Part shown: positions 1 to 10,830 of the stretch, piece after piece
How the letters are laid out: each line of letters begins with the position of its first letter
Position numbering within the stretch: the stretch's first letter is position 1
DNA from: an uncultured Alphaproteobacteria bacterium
Lineage (GTDB): Bacteria > Pseudomonadota > Alphaproteobacteria > Acetobacterales > Acetobacteraceae
Assembly (NCBI GenBank): GCA_963817185.1
Contig: CAWFNN010000007.1
Location: 502,257 to 566,256 of the forward strand
Length of the DNA stretch: 64,000 bases
Direction of reading: 5' to 3'
Translations under genes and position numbers: made by a program
Notes under the pieces: model-generated
What the model saw: the letters and a program-made list of their open reading frames with translations, nothing else
Told to the model about the DNA's origin: nothing
Database searches by the model: none

Positions 1-883
1 TCGCTCGCTGGCGGACCAGTTGCTGGTCAACGAAGCGGCCGTCGGCGACATCCTGTGGGTGGACCTGAATCCGAACGGACGGCGGGGGGACCATGACGGC
101 GTTGGCGGGTTTCGGCGCCTGGTGCGGACGCTGCGGGAGCGGGATTTCGGTTCGGTGGTGCTGCTGCATCACAGCGACCGACTCGCGGCTGCCGCCTGGA
201 TGGCGGGTATCCGGGACAGGCGCGGCTATGGGTGGGGACGGCAACGCTGGTTCCTCAATACCGGCCCGTTCCTGCCGGAGGATGTGAGGAAGCTGCATCA
301 ACACACGCGTGCGACGCGATACCTGGCGGCGGCGGGGGTTACGCTGCCCTCGGCTGAGCCGGCGCTGAGTGTTTCGGGCGCCATGCGGGCCGAAGCGATG
401 GCGCGCCTGGGTGACGTGGGCGGCGATTTCGTGGCGATCGGGATCGGCAGCAGTGAGAAGTTACGCCAATGGGGCAGCGAGCGGTTCGCGGGACTCGCCG
501 CGGCGCTGCTGGATGCGGGATGGCCGGCGCTCGTCTTGATGGGCGGGGCGGAGGATCTGACCGCGGCGGCGGCGATCGTGAACGGGGTGGGCGACCGTGG
601 CGGGCGGGTGCGGCTGGCACTGGGGTGGCAACTCACGGATGTGATGGGGGCGGTGTCGGAGGCGGCGTTCTACGTCGGCAACAACACCGGCGTGATGAAT
701 ATCGCGGCCGCGGTCGGGACGCGGACCTATGCGCTGTTCGGCACCACCGCGCCGTTCGACCATGCGAGCCAGATTGTTCCGGTGACCGTGCCTGACATCG
801 GGGCGCACGACGGGATGGCACGTCTGACGCTAGGGCCTGTGCTGGAGGCAATCGAGGCGGACCGGGGGAGGCTGTCTCCTTAG
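1..883 (+). CDS. Glycosyltransferase family 9 (LPS heptosyltransferase-like), 5'-truncated by window edge
   Basis: GT9 motifs: GSSEKLRQW, YVGNNTGVMNIAAAVGTRTYALFG. Confidence 0.85.
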   Translation, partial: RSLADQLLVNEAAVGDILWVDLNPNGRRGDHDGVGGFRRLVRTLRERDFGSVVLLHHSDRLAAAAWMAGIRDRRGYGWGRQRWFLNTGPFLPEDVRKLHQHTRATRYLAAAGVTLPSAEPALSVSGAMRAEAMARLGDVGGDFVAIGIGSSEKLRQWGSERFAGLAAALLDAGWPALVLMGGAEDLTAAAAIVNGVGDRGGRVRLALGWQLTDVMGAVSEAAFYVGNNTGVMNIAAAVGTRTYALFGTTAPFDHASQIVPVTVPDIGAHDGMARLTLGPVLEAIEADRGRLSP

Positions 884-885
884 AA

Positions 886-925
886 GGGCTTGCCTGGGGC
901 GGCTTGCCTTGGGGCGGCTTGCCGG
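886..925. repeat. Short imperfect tandem repeat (GGCTTGCC(T)TGGGGC x~3)
   Basis: gggcttgcctggggc/ggcttgccttggggc/ggcttgccgg in the intergenic gap. Confidence 0.5.
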
Positions 926-975
926 GTGGCGCGGGGCGCCGTATCGATACCTGCCTCAGGAACAGGAGCGTCGCG

Positions 976-1821
976 ATGAAATTGTTGAGTTTCCGCCGGC
1001 CGGATGGCACCGCCAGCTGGGGCATCCTCAAGAACGAGGGCGTGGTCGACCTGGGCAGCCGTGCGCCTGGGCTTAAGCATGCGCTGTGGGCGACGACGTC
1101 GCTGGCGGACGAAGCCGCGCATCATGCCAGTTTCAAGTTGGAGGACGTCAGCCTGCTGCCGCCGATCCCGGATCCCGAGAAGATCCTGTGCGTCGGGCTG
1201 AATTACATTTCCCATATCAAGGAAGGAGGACGCGAGCCGCCGCCGAAGCCGATCATTTTCACGCGGTATCCGAACTCCCAGGTTGGGCACGGGCAGGCAA
1301 TGGTGCGGCCGAAGGCGTCAGTGACGTTCGACTATGAGGGCGAACTGGCGGTGATCATCGGGCGTCAGTGCCGGCATGTAAAGAAGGAAGACTGGGCGAG
1401 CGTGGTCGCTGGATATTCCTGCTACAATGACGGATCGATCAGGGAATGGCAGCGGCATTCCACGCAGTTCATTCCTGGCAAGAACTTTTTCAAGTCGGGC
1501 GCGTTCGGGCCCTGGATCGTGACGCCGGAAGAGATGGGCGAGGTGACCCAGGCGCATCTGATGAGCCGGCTGAACGGGGTGGAAAAGCAGCATGCCACGA
1601 TCGACGACCTGTGCTTCGATATCCCGACGTTGATCGAGTACTGCTCGACATTCACTCAACTGGAGGCGGGTGACGTGATTGCCACCGGGACGACCGGAGG
1701 CGTGGGCGCCTACCAAACTCCGCCGCTATGGATGAAGCCGGGGGATACGATCGAGGTGGAGATCAGCGGGATCGGGGTGCTGCGGAACCCGATTGTCGCG
1801 GAGGAACAGGGTTCCTCGTGA
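976..1821 (+). CDS. Fumarylacetoacetate hydrolase family protein
   Basis: CVGLNY, DYEGEL, YNDGSIR, GDVIATGT motifs; AGGAG RBS before ATG 976. Confidence 0.92.
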   Translation: MKLLSFRRPDGTASWGILKNEGVVDLGSRAPGLKHALWATTSLADEAAHHASFKLEDVSLLPPIPDPEKILCVGLNYISHIKEGGREPPPKPIIFTRYPNSQVGHGQAMVRPKASVTFDYEGELAVIIGRQCRHVKKEDWASVVAGYSCYNDGSIREWQRHSTQFIPGKNFFKSGAFGPWIVTPEEMGEVTQAHLMSRLNGVEKQHATIDDLCFDIPTLIEYCSTFTQLEAGDVIATGTTGGVGAYQTPPLWMKPGDTIEVEISGIGVLRNPIVAEEQGSS

Positions 1822-1964
1822 CGAGATGCGGCGCCGCTGTGTCCAGCCGGTAGGATGTCGGGGCGCCCACCCTACACGTATAGATTTCCTGCACAGCCAC
1901 CGCGCTCGCGTACTCACTCGACCACGGCCTACGCGCGTGTCAGCTCGCGCGACGGGTTGTCGGT

Positions 1965-2588
1965 TTATTTGCCGCGGGGCTCAATATGTCGGGGCCGATG
2001 CGGGTCGTTCTCAGGCAGGATGTCCTTGATATAATCTCGGCTTTTCCATTCCGGGGCGGGCGTCCCGTAGCCGGGATGCGGCAAATACGCCGACAACTGG
2101 CCGCCCTGCAGGTCATGAACCGAGCGGGGACAGTTGGAAAACATCTCGCATTCGACCCGCACGACCAGCTTCGCGGCGTGGTGGCGCGCCAGAGCGTCCG
2201 CATCATCCAGTATCGTCGCGCAGCCATTGATCCGGAGCCGGGCGGTGTGACCGTCGAATTTGACGAAAAGCAGGCCGACGTTAGGATTGCGGCTAATATT
2301 GCCGAGCGTGCGATACATGGAGTTGCCGTCGTACTCAGGGAATTCGATCGTTCCAGGTGCAACGATCCTGACGAAACCGGGCATGCCCGAGCGCATGCTG
2401 CAATCGGTATACTCGCCGTATGAGGTCGCTATGAAGAAAAACGCGGCGTTCTCGATCAAGACACGGTCTTCGTCCCAGAAGTCGTAGCGCCGCCGCCGGG
2501 CGGCCAGGGCATCGGCGACCCGGCGGCCGTCGAAGCGGTCCTGCCACGCACGCATGCCGTCGTGGTAGAATGTGCGCCGTTCGCTCAT
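1965..2588 (-). CDS. Pyridoxamine 5'-phosphate oxidase-like FMN-binding protein
   Basis: FFFIAT..DCSMRSG.PGFV, PEYDGNSMYRTLGNI, NCPR motifs. Confidence 0.85.
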   Translation of the reverse strand: MSERRTFYHDGMRAWQDRFDGRRVADALAARRRRYDFWDEDRVLIENAAFFFIATSYGEYTDCSMRSGMPGFVRIVAPGTIEFPEYDGNSMYRTLGNISRNPNVGLLFVKFDGHTARLRINGCATILDDADALARHHAAKLVVRVECEMFSNCPRSVHDLQGGQLSAYLPHPGYGTPAPEWKSRDYIKDILPENDPHRPRHIEPRGK

Positions 2589-3128
2589 TGCTTCGCCTCT
2601 TTCTACTGATGGCGACAGCATACCACGCCCGAGCGGGCTTGGAGAGCGGCGTGACGGGACGAATTGCGAGTGAACCTCCCCATCTCAGGCGGATCGCCGA
2701 TGCGAGAGGTTCGGTTATTGTGTTCAATGGCGTGCCGCCCCGTTCGCGGTGAGAAGTAAAGAACGCCAGAGCAGATCACAGCCGGAAACCGCTGGCGGAT
2801 GGGCGGCCAGTGAGGGGGATCTGCGCCATGGCCAAACACTCCCGAACCAACGTTGAATTCGATTTTAAAGTCTAAGCCAATTCCTTTGGGCACTCAGGGA
2901 GCGGTCCGGCCACGCTCGCTTGCCGGCGTGGTCGAAGGCGCGCCGTTGGTCCATAGGTCCGCCTCCTTGTGCTGATGGAACGTCATATCGCGCCGGATGG
3001 GGATAGCGAGCAGCCATCGCATAACAGGAATTTCACGAGGCGACGTCACAGCGCAGACTGGTCGTCCCCGCTATGCAGGCCCGAAAAATATATTTAGACA
3101 GGGCGAAGCAAGCGGAGGACGTGGAGCC

Positions 3129-3350
3129 GTGGTCGTTCGATCCAACCTGGTTGCCATAGCGGCGGCCGTCGCGGCGCTTGGGATTGCCGGAACGATGATC
3201 AGCGGATGTGCGAGCCAAGCGCCGGCCACGTTGAGTCAGAAGCTGGACGAGGAGGGTGCCACGCACGATTCCGTACCGGCCAATATGGTGCAGCCGGACG
3301 GAACGCTCAGCAATGGTCTGCTGCCCGAGGCATGGGGTGACACCAACTAA
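3129..3350 (+). CDS. Small putative lipoprotein
   Basis: Hydrophobic signal followed by ISG-C lipobox; GGAG upstream of GTG. Confidence 0.55.
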   Translation: MVVRSNLVAIAAAVAALGIAGTMISGCASQAPATLSQKLDEEGATHDSVPANMVQPDGTLSNGLLPEAWGDTN

Positions 3351-3569
3351 CCGTATTCGGGCCGACCAGCAGCGAGGAGTACGAGTCACTCGAAGCGGGG
3401 CGTCACTCGACCGGTGGTGCCATGGGTTCGGATGGAGGGACAGGCGTGAATACAGCGTTCAGTTCGGGGCGCTGCCGCCAGTTGGTTGACCAGGACGCGA
3501 GGCCAGTCGCGCGTGCGCCGGTCGCCGCGCGAGACGGCATCGAATCAATTGGAAGTCGGAGGGATTGTG

Positions 3570-3848
3570 ATGCTGGACCTGCGTCCCAGTTGCGAATGCT
3601 GCGACTGTGATCTTCCCCCTGCGAGCCTGGAAGCACGGATTTGCAGCTATGAGTGCACGTTCTGCGCGGGCTGTGCGGAAGGGGTGCTGCATGGTACCTG
3701 TCCGAACTGCGACGGCGAACTGGTACGCCGTCCGGTCCGGCCACCAGCCATGCTGGCCAGACATCCCGCGTCCACGAAGCGCGTGCTGAAGCCAGGCGGG
3801 TGTGAGGCCGTTGCGGGTCAGAGCCGATCTGTCGCGGGCCTCTCGTAG
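3570..3848 (+). CDS. DUF1272 family Cys-rich protein
   Basis: MLDLRPSCECCD..ICSYECTFC..CPNC.GELVRRP signature. Confidence 0.9.
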   Translation: MLDLRPSCECCDCDLPPASLEARICSYECTFCAGCAEGVLHGTCPNCDGELVRRPVRPPAMLARHPASTKRVLKPGGCEAVAGQSRSVAGLS

Positions 3849-4017
3849 CGGCCGCGGCCAGGACACTACGGCGATTGTCGCGTTGGAATGCGACGAATGC
3901 GGAAAGGGCCGACAGGGTGACTATACCCGAGCGATCAGCGCCCCTAACACCAATGTTACGAAGTCTTCATCACGTCACCCATTGGCCCGGGGCTCCGACT
4001 GGCGCAAGGTCGCTTTG

Positions 4018-4659
4018 ATGTCTGCACACGCTACTCCGTCCGGTTCCGAGCCTGCACGGCGCGACCTGCTTTCCCTCGTCGCCACCGCGGGCGCGGTGAT
4101 TGGCGCCGGAGCGATTGCCTGGCCGCTGATCGATTCGATGAATCCCTCGGCCGACGTGATCGCCGCGGGGGCACCAAGCGACATCGACGTTTCGAAACTG
4201 GCCCCTGGGCAGCAGATCGTGGTGCTGTGGCGCGGGTCGCCGATGCTGATCGTCAACCGGACGCCTCAGGCGCTGAAGACGTTGCAGGAGCCCAGCCTGA
4301 TTTCGCGTCTGTCCGACCCGAACTCCACAGTGCATCAGCAGCCGCCCTACGCGGAGAACTGGCATCGGTCGGTAAAGCCGGAGTTCGCGGTGCTGGTGGG
4401 TATCTGCACGCATCTCGGATGCCTGCCGAGTTACATGCCGACCCCGGATCCCACGACACCGGTACCGAACTGGCCAGGCGGCTATTTCTGTCCCTGCCAC
4501 GGGTCGAAATACGACCTGGCGGGTCGTGTGTATTCGGGTGTCCCGGCACCATATAACCTGCCGGTGCCACCCTATCGGTTCGTCAATGCCACGACCCTTC
4601 GGATTGGCGAGAACCCGTCTGGCGCGACGTTCGAGTTGAGTTCCGTCGTGCAGATGTAG
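4018..4659 (+). CDS. petA: Ubiquinol-cytochrome c reductase Rieske Fe-S subunit (no petBC adjacent)
   Basis: Tat RR (RRDLL) plus TM helix, CTHLGC and CPCHGS boxes, GVPAPYNLPVP. Confidence 0.9.
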   Translation: MSAHATPSGSEPARRDLLSLVATAGAVIGAGAIAWPLIDSMNPSADVIAAGAPSDIDVSKLAPGQQIVVLWRGSPMLIVNRTPQALKTLQEPSLISRLSDPNSTVHQQPPYAENWHRSVKPEFAVLVGICTHLGCLPSYMPTPDPTTPVPNWPGGYFCPCHGSKYDLAGRVYSGVPAPYNLPVPPYRFVNATTLRIGENPSGATFELSSVVQM

Positions 4660-4725
4660 GGCGCCCTGCCTCGACCAGGGTGGCGGTCCGTGTGACGATG
4701 TGCGCCCGACTGAAAGGATCAGCAC

Positions 4726-5898
4726 ATGACGACAGGCCCCCTCGCCCGTTTCAAGGTCATTGATCTGTCCCGTGTGCGCGCCGGCCCTACCGCGGTACGT
4801 CAGCTGGCCGACTGGGGCGCGGACGTCATCAAGATCGAATCGCCCGAGGGCGACGCAGGGCTGGGTGGCGAGCGGCATGGTCCCGACTTCCAGAACCTGC
4901 ACCGCAACAAGCGCAGTCTGACGCTGAACCTGAAGGCGCCGGAGGGTCTCGCGGTTATGAAGCGCCTGGTGGCGCGGGCGGATGTGGTGGTGGAGAACTA
5001 CCGGCCCGACGTGAAGTTCCGCCTCGGCGTGGACTACGAGAGCCTGAAAGCAATCAACAAGCGGATCGTCTACGCCAGCATCTCCGGTTTCGGACAGGAC
5101 GGGCCGTATCGCGACCGGCCGGGCTTCGACCAGATCGCCCAGGGCATGGGCGGGCTGATGTCGATCACCGGCGAGCCCGGGCATGGTCCCATGCGCGTCG
5201 GCATTCCGGTGGCCGACCTGACCGCTGGCGTGTTTGCCGCCATGGGCATCCTGATCGCCCTGCTGGAGCGCGAGCAGTCCGGCGAGGGGCAATGGGTGAC
5301 GAGTTCACTGCTGGGCGCGCAGATTTCGATGCTGGATTTTCAGGCGGCGCGCTGGACGATCGCCAAAGAGGTGCCGGGACAGGCCGGCAACAACCACCCG
5401 ACCAGCATTCCGACCGGGGTATTCGCGACGGCGGACGGATATATCAACATCGCCGCGGCTGGGGACGACATCTATCGCCGGCTGTGCAAGGCGCTCGGCG
5501 CGGACCACCTGGCAATCGACCCGCTGTATGCCACCGGCCAGGCGCGGTCGCGGAACCGGGACCGGCTGAACGAGGCGATCGGAGCGATCACGCGGGGGAA
5601 GACGTCCGCCGACTGGATCGAGACGCTGAACAAGGCGGGCGTACCCTCGGGACCGATCTACAAGATGAACGAAGTCTTCGCCGATCCGCAGGTGAAGCAT
5701 CTGGGGATCACCCGGACGGTGCCGCACAGGGTGCTGGGCGATGTCGAGGTCATCGGCCAGCCGATCGCGCTCAGCCGCACACCGTGGAGCATCCGCAGTG
5801 CGTCGCCGGAGGCGGGCGAGCACACTGACGCGATTCTGGCCGAAGTCGGGTACAGCGGGGAAGAGATCGCGAAGCTGCGCGAATCGAAGGTGGTATAG
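4726..5898 (+). CDS. CaiB/BaiF family (class III) CoA-transferase
   Basis: DLSRVRAGP, LADWGADVIKIE, RNKRSLTLNLK, GFDQIAQGMGG. Confidence 0.93.
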   Translation: MTTGPLARFKVIDLSRVRAGPTAVRQLADWGADVIKIESPEGDAGLGGERHGPDFQNLHRNKRSLTLNLKAPEGLAVMKRLVARADVVVENYRPDVKFRLGVDYESLKAINKRIVYASISGFGQDGPYRDRPGFDQIAQGMGGLMSITGEPGHGPMRVGIPVADLTAGVFAAMGILIALLEREQSGEGQWVTSSLLGAQISMLDFQAARWTIAKEVPGQAGNNHPTSIPTGVFATADGYINIAAAGDDIYRRLCKALGADHLAIDPLYATGQARSRNRDRLNEAIGAITRGKTSADWIETLNKAGVPSGPIYKMNEVFADPQVKHLGITRTVPHRVLGDVEVIGQPIALSRTPWSIRSASPEAGEHTDAILAEVGYSGEEIAKLRESKVV

Positions 5899-6350
5899 CA
5901 TCGCATCAGAGAAGTGCAGGACGTCGCTCTGGTCTGAATGATCCAATTCACCGGCGAATCGCGGCCGCTGCGCGACCCGCGATCGGATATTATATCAGCA
6001 TCCCTGACCTGAATTTCGGTATCGTCGGCGAACCCCAGGTCCGCGATACTTTCTCCTTGTTTTCAGTGGCTTGCCTTGACTGCCGGTTCAGGCTGCCTTG
6101 GCCGCGCCGCATCGACCGCCGTCGGTGTTGCGACGAAAGCGGCATGCATCTGGCAGGGGAGGTCGTCTCTCACGATCGTAACCGCGACGCGCCCGCTTGC
6201 CGTGAGCGACGCGACGTGCTGAGCGGATCCTTGCCGGCGTCCGGTTTGTCCTGGTAGCGATGGAGGGTCTCCGTCCCATGCCGGCGGCGGGGCTGGCCCG
6301 CCGGTGCCCGAAGCGATAGACGATCCGGCCCTGACCGACCGGATTCCTGA

Positions 6351-7406
6351 ATGACCCTCACCGCCCTGCTCCGCCATCTCGGCTTTGCCGCGCTGCTGAT
6401 GCTGCTGTCCGCCGGGATTGTCCGAATGATGATCGCGGCACGCGTGATGGACACGCCGGAGGCCCGCAAGGCGCATGCCCGTCCGACCCCGAAAGGGGGC
6501 GGTGTGGGTATCGTCGTCACCTTCCTGGCCGGTATCGCGGTTCTCTACCGCTTCGCCGAATTTGCCCGCCTGGCGGACCCCTACTTCCTCGGCGTCATCG
6601 AGGCCTCTGTCGCGATCGCGGTGGTTGCTTTCCTGGACGACCTCTTCGACTGGCCGTTCATCGTCAAGCTCGGGGCCCAGATGCTTGCCACGCTGGTCGC
6701 GGTGTGGAGCGGGCTGTACGTGACCGATTTCCGCATTCCCTATCTTGGGCCGCTGCCGCTCGCGTGGCTGGGCATCGCGGCGACGTTGATCTGGATCCTG
6801 TTCACGACCAACGCGATGAACTTCATCGATGGGCTGAACGGACTGGCGAGCGGGGTGACGCTGATCACGTGCCTCTTCATCGTGTTCATCGCCGAGCGGC
6901 ATGGCGGCTGGTTCGCGTATGCCGCGGCGGGCCTGCTGGCGGCGGGATCGGCCGGGTTCCTGCCGTTCAATTTTCCCAAGGCCCGGATCTTCATGGGTGA
7001 CGTGGGCAGTCAGTTCTGCGGGTTCATGCTGGCGGTGCTCGCGGTTGTCGCCAGCCGCTTCGACGGCGTGGAACTGTCGTTCCTGGTGGTGCCAATGCTG
7101 CTGTCCGGTGTGCTGTTCGACGTGGCCTTCACGCTGGTGCGGCGCGCCGTGCAAGGCGAGGCGATTACCCGGCCGCACCGCGGTCATCTGTATCAGATCG
7201 CCCATCGGTCGGGGGTGCCCGCTGTCAGCGTGACGCTGGTGCACTGGGGTTTCGCGATTTTCGGTGGCGCGTGCTGCCTGCTGTTCATCGCCGTGCCGAC
7301 ACCCTACAAACCGCCGGTTCCGTTCATCACGGCCCTGCCCCAACTGGCGTGGGTGTGGTTTGTCGTGCATCGAGCCCGTCAGGCCGGCCTGGGTCAGTGG
7401 GGATGA
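6351..7406 (+). CDS. MraY/WecA-family polyprenyl-phosphate HexNAc-1-phosphate transferase
   Basis: Multi-TM; PKGGG, LDD, NAMNFIDGLNGL, FMGDVGS, HLYQ motifs. Confidence 0.92.
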   Translation: MTLTALLRHLGFAALLMLLSAGIVRMMIAARVMDTPEARKAHARPTPKGGGVGIVVTFLAGIAVLYRFAEFARLADPYFLGVIEASVAIAVVAFLDDLFDWPFIVKLGAQMLATLVAVWSGLYVTDFRIPYLGPLPLAWLGIAATLIWILFTTNAMNFIDGLNGLASGVTLITCLFIVFIAERHGGWFAYAAAGLLAAGSAGFLPFNFPKARIFMGDVGSQFCGFMLAVLAVVASRFDGVELSFLVVPMLLSGVLFDVAFTLVRRAVQGEAITRPHRGHLYQIAHRSGVPAVSVTLVHWGFAIFGGACCLLFIAVPTPYKPPVPFITALPQLAWVWFVVHRARQAGLGQWG

Positions 7407-7471
7407 CGGTATAGCGGATTGGACCGGGAAATGGTCACGCGTGACCGCGAGCGCCGGTCGGGGGAAGCTGA

Positions 7472-7577
7472 CCAGACCATTTTCAGCCTGACTGTGCGGT
7501 CCGAAAATGGTCCAGCTTTTTGTTGATCGCATGATCCCCGCGCCGGGGACGTTCCGGTCGGCGCGATCATGCTGCAG
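7472..7577. repeat. CTAG-bounded ~107-bp palindromic repeat (family 1), degenerate copy
   Basis: Aligns with 7676-7782, 30243-30348 and 40785-40992. Confidence 0.85.
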
Positions 7578-7675
7578 GTGTTCCGGTTTGCTACCGACGG
7601 CTGATGGTCATGACGTGCGGCAAGCAAAACCGCTGGCGCGGCCTCCTTGTTCGAGAAAACGGCTCAGGTGCGAGG

Positions 7676-7782
7676 CTAGACCATTTTCATCCTGACTGTG
7701 CATGACGAAAATGGTCCAGCTCTTTGTTTGATCGCATGATTCACGCGCCGGGGACGTTCCGCTCAGCGCGATCATGCTCTAG
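7676..7782. repeat. CTAG-bounded ~107-bp palindromic repeat (family 1), full copy
   Basis: CTAGACCATTTTC...GAAAATGGTC hairpin, TTTGTTT spacer, GCATGAT...ATCATGC hairpin, ends TCTAG. Confidence 0.9.
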
Positions 7783-7789
7783 TTCAGGT

Positions 7790-8980
7790 TCAGCCGACCG
7801 TACTCTCAACAAGGCCTCGGAACAGGCGGGCATAGCCGTCTGCACAGGCCTCGTAGCTGAACTGGGCCGCTCGCGCCCGCAGACCGTCGCGCGGCCACTT
7901 CTCCCGCTCATCCAGGATCCGGGTGAATGCCGGAGCCAGCGCATCGGAATCGCGCGGCGGCACGAGGATGCCGTATCGTCCGTTCGCAAGAATTTCCGCC
8001 GGGCCGTGGGGACAGTCGGTCGAGATGACCGGCGTGCCGCACCCCATCGCCTCGACCAGCACGTTACCAAACCCTTCGGACCGGGAGGAGAGAACGAACG
8101 CGTCCGCCGCGCGCATGTATGGCAACGGATTCGGCACGAAGCCCTCAAAAGAGACATGCTCCGCGATACCCAGTGACGTCGCCAGGCCGCGCAATTCATT
8201 GAGCATCGGCCCCATCCCCAGCAGCATCAGACGGGATGGCTGCCGGCGGAGGTGAATGGCGAATGCCCGAAGCAGGGTTCGCTGGTCCTTCATCTCGACG
8301 AGGCGGCCCGCGGTCACGAAGACCGGGCGGTCCTTTCTCGCCAGCCAGGGATGGTGCACCGGCACGCTCGCCCGATCCTCGAAATCGTCGCCGATCACCG
8401 CGTTGAAAATGGTGCTCACCTTGGCCGGCCGAATCCCGGTGGCGGCCAGTTCCCCGGCGATGCCGTTGGAGACCGCGACGGCGTGATCGATATGCGACGC
8501 CAACGCGCGATAGAACCACGGCACCATGCGGTGCTTCCAGTTGACGGTGGCGTGATAGCCGGCGGACAGCGGATTGTGCTGACAGATGACCAGCTTGGTC
8601 CCGGAGCAGGCGGCGGCCTTGGCCAGCGCGGCCGCGACGTTGTTGTGATCGACATTCGCCATGAACACGTCGGGCTGCGCATCCAGCAGGAACCGGCGCA
8701 GGCGCCAGATGTCGTGCAAGGTCCGGGTACTGTCGAGGTTCACCACGGGGATGCCCGGGGGTAACAGCGGCACGAGTTCGCCGCGTCTCTGATGCAGGAC
8801 GAGAACGATATCGGCGCCCCTGGCCTGCAACTCTCGCGCGAGGACGAGGCATTGGCGTTCAACGCCACCGGGCGAAAGGTCGTGGATATAGATCGCCGCT
8901 GAAATACGCCTCTCCGCGTGAGGATCGAGCTGTTGTTCGGTCGCCACGTGCTGGCGAAGGCTGTAATCGATAGTATGCAC
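7790..8980 (-). CDS. Glycosyltransferase family 4 (GT-B)
   Basis: GGVER, GRLVEMKDQ, SSRSEGFGNVLVEAM; GTG start with GGAG RBS. Confidence 0.9.
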   Translation of the reverse strand: MHTIDYSLRQHVATEQQLDPHAERRISAAIYIHDLSPGGVERQCLVLARELQARGADIVLVLHQRRGELVPLLPPGIPVVNLDSTRTLHDIWRLRRFLLDAQPDVFMANVDHNNVAAALAKAAACSGTKLVICQHNPLSAGYHATVNWKHRMVPWFYRALASHIDHAVAVSNGIAGELAATGIRPAKVSTIFNAVIGDDFEDRASVPVHHPWLARKDRPVFVTAGRLVEMKDQRTLLRAFAIHLRRQPSRLMLLGMGPMLNELRGLATSLGIAEHVSFEGFVPNPLPYMRAADAFVLSSRSEGFGNVLVEAMGCGTPVISTDCPHGPAEILANGRYGILVPPRDSDALAPAFTRILDEREKWPRDGLRARAAQFSYEACADGYARLFRGLVESTVG

Positions 8981-9121
8981 GATGACTCCAGGCTCAGATG
9001 GATTTCTGTGTTGACTCTTCGCGCCCGGCGGCAAGCCCGCACGCCATCAACAACCGGTTCATCCTCCCTCAAGTAGCGCTTCCGCTGATCAGTCTCACGA
9101 ATCGGGCGCGACGGTAGCCAG

Positions 9122-9493
9122 TTACGAAACTACCAAAAGACGAGCCGGTTGCCCGGATCGAAACATCACAATCCCGTTTTGCCGAAAGCGCCTGGCTTGG
9201 CGGCGTACCGGCCTGGTGTCGCCTAATACCATGAGATGGGCCTCGGACCAGCGTCGCCAAGACCCTTGTGCCGGCAAACACTGACGCCGGCGCAGGACCT
9301 GGGCGAGACGCAGCTGCATCCGCTGGTTCCAGCCCGGCGGCATGACGCGGGAGAACGGATTGTAGGCGGTGATGAACACGGCCTCACGGACGCCGTGCGA
9401 TGACAGCAGATGGTCCATGGCGGGGGAGCGCCGGCCGATGCGGACCTCGATGCCGGCGGCCTTGTAGCTGGTCTTTCGATAGGCGATCAGCAT
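9122..9493 (-). CDS. DUF3293 family protein
   Basis: AY..TSY, FITAYNPFS, N..L, W.E, ARRFRQN motifs. Confidence 0.75.
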   Translation of the reverse strand: MLIAYRKTSYKAAGIEVRIGRRSPAMDHLLSSHGVREAVFITAYNPFSRVMPPGWNQRMQLRLAQVLRRRQCLPAQGSWRRWSEAHLMVLGDTRPVRRQARRFRQNGIVMFRSGQPARLLVVS

Positions 9494-9562
9494 CCGCGCA
9501 GGGATGCCCGGTCTGCCATGCTGGTGGCCGTCAAGGGTCACGGAGGCGCCTGCTCATGGCTG

Positions 9563-9620
9563 GCGAGCAATTGCATCAGCCTGAGGTCGCTTCGCGATTC
9601 GAGGCTGGCTGATATCGCTC
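9563..9620. repeat. Palindromic repeat family 2 copy
   Basis: GAGCAATTGCATCAGCCTGAGGTCG...GGCTGATATCGCTC; similar to 17678 and 30088. Confidence 0.55.
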
Positions 9621-9682
9621 TCTGACCGGCCGGACGGGGCCAGGATGCAGGCAAAATCAGGATGGTACCGGTGCATGCGGCG

Positions 9683-10830
9683 CTATCGGTCCTCGCCGGC
9701 GACAGGGAACTCGACGTCGCGATGGACATGCACCGACATCAGCACGCCGAACCCGACCATCACCGTCAGCATCGCTGACCCGCCGTGCGACACCAGCGGC
9801 AGCGGCACGCCGCCAACGGGAATGACACCTGTCACCATGGCGATATTGACGAACACATAGAGGCAAAAGTTGCACGAAATACCAAGCGCCACCAGCCGGC
9901 CGAACGGGTGGCGGCAGCGCAGGGCGATGAGCATGCCGCCGAAGATGATCAGGCCGAGCAGCGCCATAACCAACAGCGCGCCGACGAAGCCGAACTCCTC
10001 GCCGATCATGGTGAAGATGAAGTCGGTCTGCTTCTCCGGCAGGAAGTCCAGATGCCCCTGGGTGCCTTGCAGGAAGCCCTTACCCCACATTCCGCCCGAG
10101 CCCAGGGCGATCTTCGATTGGATGATGTTGTAGCCAGCGCCCAGCTTATCGCTTTCCGGGTGCAGAAAAGTGTCGATACGAGCGCGCTGATAATCGTGCA
10201 TATGTGAGTATGCGAACTGTGCGAGCAGCGGGATCGGCAACACGACCAGCAGGAACTTCCACCACCGGACGCCGGCGGCGAAGAAGACCGCGGCGCCCAG
10301 CATACGCGGTGATCGCCGCGGTGCCCAGGTTCGGCTCCTTCAGGATCAGCCCGACCGGGATCAGCACCGCGATCAGCGGCGGGATGAGGAACAGCGGATT
10401 GCCCATCCGTTCCCAGGACGCGCGGTGGAACCAGGACGCCAGGGCGAGCACCAGCGCGAGCTTCATCAGTTCCGACGGCTGAAGCTGCAGGGCGCCGAAT
10501 TCGAGCCAGCGCTGGGCGCCCTTGCCGACATGGCCCATGCGCAACACGAGGACCAGGAGGACCACGCCGCAGAGCCATGCGGGCCAGGCGAGTTCTGGCG
10601 ATCACCCTGATATCGACCAGGCCGATGGCGAGCATGATGATGACGCCGATCCCGAAGCGGATGGCATGCCTGGTCGCGTAGGGTTCGGGCGCGCCGCCGG
10701 CGGCGCTGTAGAGGGCGACATAGCCCACCCCCGCCAGGCAACACAGCAGTAGCACATACAGCCAGTTGACCTGGAAGACCTTTGCCATCAGGTCGAAAGA
10801 CGGCTCCCGCCAGATCCGCCGATCCATCAC
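9683..10830 (-). CDS. rodA: Rod shape-determining SEDS protein RodA (split by apparent indel errors)
   Basis: Three frames give GAQRW, QPSELMK, EPNLGTA, GYNIIQSKIALGSGG, LPEKQTDF, PLVSHGGS. Confidence 0.93.

Noticed and set aside
6063-7532. Long antisense ORFs (also 3970-5292, 10782-12269, 42312-43985)
   Set aside because: Shadow frames of GC-rich genes with Arg/Pro-rich, motif-free translations
7724-8176. MFDRMIHAPGTFRSAR-type ORFs here and at 7507 and 40938
   Set aside because: They arise from the DNA repeat and overlap real genes on the opposite strand
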